Source of the DNA: a virus
Lineage: Duplodnaviria; Caudoviricetes
Strand: one strand, 5' to 3'
IMG/VR virus record: IMGVR_UViG_3300044557_000281
Span: 26,156 to 90,155 of that record
Length of the DNA: 64,000 nt
The notes beneath the pieces are model-generated. The model saw nothing but the letters and a program-made list of their open reading frames with translations. It ran no database searches and was not told where the DNA came from. The position numbers were made by a program, and so were the translations under genes. Shown here in pieces: positions 58,831-64,000 of this stretch. Each line of letters begins with the position of its first letter. Positions within the stretch are counted from its first letter, which is position 1.

Positions 58831-60302
58831 TAAAACCCTCCTACGTTAAAACTATCATTTATATTATTAATACCCTCATTGGTATCATCAATATCTACTT
58901 TATTCTTCTTGTTATGGTCTTGGTTCCTATCTGCTGTGCGTTCATTCACAACAGCCATGTGCATATCGGTTTCTTCCTCTGTCTCATCACGAATAGTCAT
59001 TGTGCTTGGAATAACCTTTAAATAACGCATACGGTCAAAAGCACTTCCACTATTGTTACGAACCTTATCCAAGTAGAATCGAATAAATCCGGCTTCAAAT
59101 TCTGCTGGTGTTTGATTGACTGCTACTACTAATTCACAAGCATTTACCTTTTGTTTAGACCCTTCAATAGCTTCACTGGTTAATACTTCTTGCGAATAAC
59201 CAGTACGGTTTACTTGGGAAAGCGTCCACACTACTACATCATAAGTTTGTGCAATTCTACGCAAGTCTTCAAACAATCGACCACCAGAACGAGATTCATT
59301 TTCAGAACCAGATAAATGAGGGTTCTTCATTAAATCAGGATAATCGACTACTACTGCGTCAATACGAACACCATCACGAATCATAATATTGGAAATCACT
59401 TGCTCCATGTCGAACGGTGTTAATACTCCGGGCATATGCTTAGAAACATACAAGTCTCCCCAGTTATGCTCTTCTATGGCACTGTCAAAAGCTTGGTGTA
59501 CAATATCAAGGTAATCTGTGTTTAACTTACCATCTGGAATAATGGCACTCTTAGTTTGTTGACCAATGACCTGAATGAATCGAGTTAGCATTCTATCCAT
59601 TTTTTCTTCTAAAGAGAAGTACAGTACGTTAAAGCCTTGTCTAATTAATAGATTGGTTAAGTTGGTGGCTACCATTGTTTTACCACCACCAGACTTAGCA
59701 ATAACTAGTGCAAGTTCCCCGGTAGCTAATCCACCGTCTGCTACGGAATCAATTGCTCTCAACCCAGTAGGAACTCGTTTATCATCCATCTTAGCTAAAT
59801 AATCTTTCACTAAATCGTAATCCTTAAAGAATCGGATTAGAGTAGAATCTTTCCCTTTAGTATTCAACGTTGTTATTTTGAGCAAGTCTTCGCTTAGTTT
59901 GGTTATGGTTTCTTCATCTTCCAAGTTTCCATTAAGAATTGCTTTACTAATGACATCTTTAGACAATACTTGTCGTACATACTTTTCTACGTAATCATCA
60001 ATGACTTCATCATTCTGCATTTCTTCATCTAGTATGAAAAGGTCTTCTACAATCTCATAATACCGGTATCGTTTATCTAAACCCATGTTAGAAGCTTCCA
60101 GATTATGCTCGGTAAGTTGTCCTAATGTATTCTTGTCTAATGGTTCTTGGTGTAACCGGTAGTAGCTGTTTATCCACTGTGTAATATTTTTTGCTTCTTT
60201 ATCTTCATCAAACTCTTTTAAGGGAATACGTCTTAGTATATCTCTTGCAAAGTCTGGTTCCTTAATTGCCTTGTAAAGCAACTGCCGTTGTACCTGTTTC
60301 AA
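58830..60302 (-). CDS. dnaB: DnaB-like replicative helicase
   Basis: VPTG, AKSGGGKT, FSLEE, VVVDYPD, SQVNR, KVRN. Confidence 0.93.
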   Translation of the reverse strand: MKQVQRQLLYKAIKEPDFARDILRRIPLKEFDEDKEAKNITQWINSYYRLHQEPLDKNTLGQLTEHNLEASNMGLDKRYRYYEIVEDLFILDEEMQNDEVIDDYVEKYVRQVLSKDVISKAILNGNLEDEETITKLSEDLLKITTLNTKGKDSTLIRFFKDYDLVKDYLAKMDDKRVPTGLRAIDSVADGGLATGELALVIAKSGGGKTMVATNLTNLLIRQGFNVLYFSLEEKMDRMLTRFIQVIGQQTKSAIIPDGKLNTDYLDIVHQAFDSAIEEHNWGDLYVSKHMPGVLTPFDMEQVISNIMIRDGVRIDAVVVDYPDLMKNPHLSGSENESRSGGRLFEDLRRIAQTYDVVVWTLSQVNRTGYSQEVLTSEAIEGSKQKVNACELVVAVNQTPAEFEAGFIRFYLDKVRNNSGSAFDRMRYLKVIPSTMTIRDETEEETDMHMAVVNERTADRNQDHNKKNKVDIDDTNEGINNINDSFNVGGF

Positions 60303-60325
60303 TTAAAGCCCTCCCAATAGTTTCT

Positions 60326-61885
60326 CTAACTTATTTTAGCATAAATTTCTTTAAAGTCAAGGACTCCTCGAGGAACAACAGGTAAAACATCTTTTAATTT
60401 ATATAAGGCGTCACGTAAAGCAACTAAATCGGTCTTGTAGCCTAAATGACGACCAAACTTATTGAACATTACGTTAAAGTATTTATTACTCGTTAAGGAA
60501 GTTTTCACAGCTTTACCATGCTTTTTATATCTATCTATGGTGCCTTTAATATTTGTCTGTCTGACAAACATATTTCCTAAAACCCATCTTAAATCCTCTT
60601 CTTCTTTTCTGAATAGAATACCAGTGGATATGGTGTATTCAAAAGAAAGTTTAGCAAGCATAATTTGACTGAATGAAGAAGTCGCATTGATATGGCTGTA
60701 CATATTTGTGATTAGAAATTTAATGGCTTCGTCTTTTTCAACCTCTGTTAGGTCTTCACGTTCCTCAATCTCTTTTTTAGTCACGATAGTATAGGCAGAA
60801 AGATTGGCTTCTACCGAACTAGCACAAGGTGCCATAGCAATGTCTAATAGTTCTTTTTCCCATGTCTTTGTAAGTTTTTGCTCATCTGGTTCTTCTGCGT
60901 TCATGTTCCAAGCTTTAGTTAACATAGCAATAATAGGGTATTCAACCCCAAGTGTTATCGCTTTTTCTGATTTAGCTAGGGTGATTAAGTTATAATCACG
61001 TTGTTTACGTACACTAGCACAGGCACGGTCATAGGCGGCAATAGCTCCACTAGAAATAAGCATGTTAGGCATAGGGATATAAGTATTAGGGGTTGATTTA
61101 TTTTTCAACCAAATCCAAAATACACGGTTAAATTGCACACTCAAATAAGCGGCTGGATTAATATCATTATTCAGTAAGAAAGTGACAGCTTTCTTTAAGC
61201 AAGTCCATCTAGCAGAACCGAATGGACGGTGTGGTAAATAATTGTATGAATAGTATTTTCCTTTTAATGTCCCTAGTGCTTTATAAAGAGAACTACCTTC
61301 ATGATATTCTCTTTGTTTTACTTCAGGGAACACTACTGAATAAGCTGTTACTAATTCAGAAAAGATATAAGTTTGCCAATTCAAATAAGGTTCGTCAGTC
61401 TTAGCAAAGAACTCCTTATCAATTGCATTTTTACTACGTAATTCTTCAATCTCGTCATTCCACTCTACATATTTTTCATTTTGTAAGCGTTCAGCTAAAC
61501 GAGCTTCTGCAATTTGTGTTTTATTGCGGTAATGTTTTTTAGGTTCTTCTTGCGGATTCTTAGGAAATACTTTTTCCCGAATCGCTTCAAGCTCTTTGTT
61601 TTCTCCGTGCAAAGGATTCACTGCATTAAAAATAACAGCAGTTCCTCCATTCTTTCCACTACGGCTAACGGTAGTGATACATTTAAGGTCTTCTAATTGT
61701 TTTACATAACGCGCAATGGTTCTAGGCGTCTTTTGTAAACAATTAGCTAATTCTGTTTTAGCTAATATGGCTACTAATTGACCTTTCACTTCTTTTGCTT
61801 GGGCTTTCAGTTGTTCCATTAGTTCCGTGTGAGCTTCTGGTAATTTGATTGTGGTGTAAGTTAAAGTTAAAGTTGTACTTGTCAT
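60326..61885 (-). CDS. Rep-like protein with N-terminal HTH
   Basis: KTELANCLQKTPRTIARYVKQLE winged-HTH pattern; synteny. Confidence 0.7.
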   Translation of the reverse strand: MTSTTLTLTYTTIKLPEAHTELMEQLKAQAKEVKGQLVAILAKTELANCLQKTPRTIARYVKQLEDLKCITTVSRSGKNGGTAVIFNAVNPLHGENKELEAIREKVFPKNPQEEPKKHYRNKTQIAEARLAERLQNEKYVEWNDEIEELRSKNAIDKEFFAKTDEPYLNWQTYIFSELVTAYSVVFPEVKQREYHEGSSLYKALGTLKGKYYSYNYLPHRPFGSARWTCLKKAVTFLLNNDINPAAYLSVQFNRVFWIWLKNKSTPNTYIPMPNMLISSGAIAAYDRACASVRKQRDYNLITLAKSEKAITLGVEYPIIAMLTKAWNMNAEEPDEQKLTKTWEKELLDIAMAPCASSVEANLSAYTIVTKKEIEEREDLTEVEKDEAIKFLITNMYSHINATSSFSQIMLAKLSFEYTISTGILFRKEEEDLRWVLGNMFVRQTNIKGTIDRYKKHGKAVKTSLTSNKYFNVMFNKFGRHLGYKTDLVALRDALYKLKDVLPVVPRGVLDFKEIYAKIS

Positions 61886-61949
61886 TCTTTATTCTCCTTG
61901 TAGTGAATCTATAACTCTATTATACCACAAAAATCCTTTAACGCAAGTC

Positions 61950-63704
61950 TCACGTTAAAGGAACTTCTTTTATTTCAAATCCTTCTTCTAAATAAATCTT
62001 TCTACGCTCTTTGGAATGCTTATGCGTATGCTTATTAAACAAGTCCATAAAGTCATAAACAGTGGCTACATTCTCTCCGGTCTGTTTCTTACGCAACACA
62101 CGCCCTACACGTTGTAAGACCTGTCTCATAGACTTCCCACCAGCGCCTAAGATTAAGGTATTAATCCCTGCAATGTCGACCCCTTCATCAATCAAGGAAG
62201 TAGCAATCAATACTTTTAATTTACCAGAACGCATATCAGAAAGTTGTCGTTTTCGACTACCATCATCTACTGTCCCATGTAAGAACTCAAATACAATGTT
62301 CTCTGCTTTCAGTAATTCTGATAAAGCTTCTCCGTGCTCTACTCGGTTCACAATGATTAGAATGCCTTTGCCTTGGTCATACTCACGTTTTGTAAGTTTT
62401 GCTATGACCATGTTACGGTATAGGTTTTTAGCAATCCCTTCGTCATACACTTTCATGTAATTTTCTTCAGATTGTAAAGAACTAGGGGACATAATAGGGA
62501 TAATGGTTACAGTAGGCTTAGCAGAAATCCCTCTAGCAATCATTTCCTGATTGGTAGTCTTAACGGTTATACCACGGAATAAACCTTGCATACGTTGCCA
62601 TAGCACCTTATTACGCTTATCAATAGAACCAGTTAAGGCTATCCGGTATTGGGCGTTAGTACAAGTCAGTAACGAGTTGTACCATGAATCAGAAGAAGTA
62701 TGGTGCGCTTCGTCCACAATCATGACCGTAACTGTTTTCATAAACTCTTGTATATCTTTACGCTTCTGGTATACTTTACCATTCTTAGCCTGTAAGAGTT
62801 TCGTATACTCCGCTACGTACCCTCTCATAGTTAATTTTACTTCCTTATCTGTCCCACAAGAATAAAGAATATCTTCCAAGTCCCCTTTTAGTTCTTGTTC
62901 AGTTTTCTTTTTCGTACTCATGTTTTTTATAAAAGCTTGTAAAATCATTTTTTGGTTAAAACCATCAACCATTTTAGGGGCTACGTCTTTTGCTAACCGT
63001 TTCAATTTACGTTGCTTAGCGGACAATTTCAACCCAGCTTCTGGGTCAGTAGTTAGTGCTTTATTGATTGTAGGTATCATGACTACATTCACTTGGCGTA
63101 TATCCTTTTTCCCATCACCAATTTTCCCAACTTTTATCCCTAATCGTTCAGAAATACGGTCAGCAGATTGGTTAAAGATTTCTTTCGAGTGAGTAAAGAA
63201 TGCAATGGTCTCTCCACGCTCTAAGTACGATTGCAGTTGTTGAATGATACCGGAAGCAATTTCCGTCTTACCACCATTCGTAGCTACATTGATTATTCCT
63301 ACTTCGTCTTGTACAATCGACTTCACAGCGTCATATTGGTAGTCACGTAGTGTGATACTGGAATCTTTATCTTTTAATTTGATTTCTTTATCCATGTCGT
63401 CAACATCAATAAATTTATCAGGTTTGTCATAAATAACATTGTACTGAAAAGTTAGAGAGTTTTGTAAGCCGCCTAAAGCAACTTCTACTTGTTCGAGTAA
63501 CCCAGTAGGAAATTCTTCTTTTTCCTTGTCATAGAAATAGACTTTCCCGTCCCAGTACCCTCTCTTGTATGCCGGACTGAATTGATAACCTTCTTCAAAT
63601 ACTGCAAGTTCGTTATCCATTACTCTATGTACAGCATTCTTGACTGACCATTCTTCTGGTTCAAACTCTATATGTGCCATCATGGAATTTACAATTATTT
63701 TCAC
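61950..63704 (-). CDS. SF2 DNA helicase
   Basis: LRDYQ, ATNGGKT, DEAH, TGS, QRVGRVLR. Confidence 0.95.
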   Translation of the reverse strand: MKIIVNSMMAHIEFEPEEWSVKNAVHRVMDNELAVFEEGYQFSPAYKRGYWDGKVYFYDKEKEEFPTGLLEQVEVALGGLQNSLTFQYNVIYDKPDKFIDVDDMDKEIKLKDKDSSITLRDYQYDAVKSIVQDEVGIINVATNGGKTEIASGIIQQLQSYLERGETIAFFTHSKEIFNQSADRISERLGIKVGKIGDGKKDIRQVNVVMIPTINKALTTDPEAGLKLSAKQRKLKRLAKDVAPKMVDGFNQKMILQAFIKNMSTKKKTEQELKGDLEDILYSCGTDKEVKLTMRGYVAEYTKLLQAKNGKVYQKRKDIQEFMKTVTVMIVDEAHHTSSDSWYNSLLTCTNAQYRIALTGSIDKRNKVLWQRMQGLFRGITVKTTNQEMIARGISAKPTVTIIPIMSPSSLQSEENYMKVYDEGIAKNLYRNMVIAKLTKREYDQGKGILIIVNRVEHGEALSELLKAENIVFEFLHGTVDDGSRKRQLSDMRSGKLKVLIATSLIDEGVDIAGINTLILGAGGKSMRQVLQRVGRVLRKKQTGENVATVYDFMDLFNKHTHKHSKERRKIYLEEGFEIKEVPLT

Positions 63705-63841
63705 TGAATGAATCTTCCTCTCTCATAGTTCAATTATACCTTTAATTCTGAATCATTACAACAATTATTTTCACTGAATGAATCTTCCTCTCTCATAGTT
63801 CAATTATACCTTTAATTCTGAATCATTACAACAATTATTTT
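63691..63841. repeat. 70-bp exact tandem duplication of the helicase promoter/RBS/start
   Basis: 63691-63760 equals 63761-63830, plus an 11-bp partial copy. Confidence 0.95.
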
Positions 63842-63870
63842 ATTCTTGAGTTAAGATTATTTGTTTGTCT

Positions 63871-64000
63871 TAGTTTGTCATGAATAGATTTTTCTGTCTT
63901 ACCATTATTATTATATATAATATATACTAGTATTATTATAATTAGTAATATAGAGTAAATAGTAATGGTAGAGTAAGAAATTGTATTCATGACAAAACTA
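63871..64000. repeat. Imperfect ~130-bp AT-rich inverted repeat
   Basis: TAGTTTGTCATGAATA (63871-63886) versus TATTCATGACAAAACTA (63984-64000). Confidence 0.7.

Noticed and set aside
7866-63192. Most plus-strand ORFs in the track (e.g. 7909-8244, 32385-32684, 50569-50940, 62062-62460)
   Set aside because: Antisense shadows of well-supported minus-strand genes, with no RBS or motifs. 35304-35723 is the exception.
1-64000. tRNA or rRNA genes
   Set aside because: None recognised by eye; a tRNAscan-SE or ARAGORN run is needed to exclude tRNAs.

Overview
A 64-kb segment of a large myovirus with Herelleviridae (SPO1/Twort-like) gene order, probably infecting a Lactobacillales host (inferred from the IS and accessory genes). 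Almost all genes are on the minus strand. 1-7 kb looks like a terminal-repeat/early region: small genes, at least 9 sigma-A promoters and repeat-rich noncoding DNA. 7.7-12.5 kb is a siphovirus-like methyltransferase/YopX/DUF1642 block. 12.5-28.6 kb holds mostly hypothetical genes. 38.5-63.7 kb is the core replication module (helicase, Rep-like, DnaB, SbcD, SbcC, primase, dUTPase, resolvase, HU, PolA, SSB, RecA, sigma factor, holin). Mobile-element load is heavy: an intact IS605-type IStron in the primase, an intein plus a group I intron in recA, three other IS200/IS605 elements, and a LAGLIDADG intron remnant. Top candidate for a new system: a ~940-bp cassette (35259-36200) bounded by 14-bp inverted repeats that would swap two alternative C-termini onto one structural gene. 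It sits next to a tyrosine recombinase gene that can be rebuilt from three pieces. That gene is split by an IS605 and by a 3.6-kb element with IStron ends but phage cargo inside (homing endonuclease, nrdD tail, nucleotidyltransferase, Dam-like MTase, NrdH, nrdI fragment). All calls come from reading motifs by eye; no searches were run.
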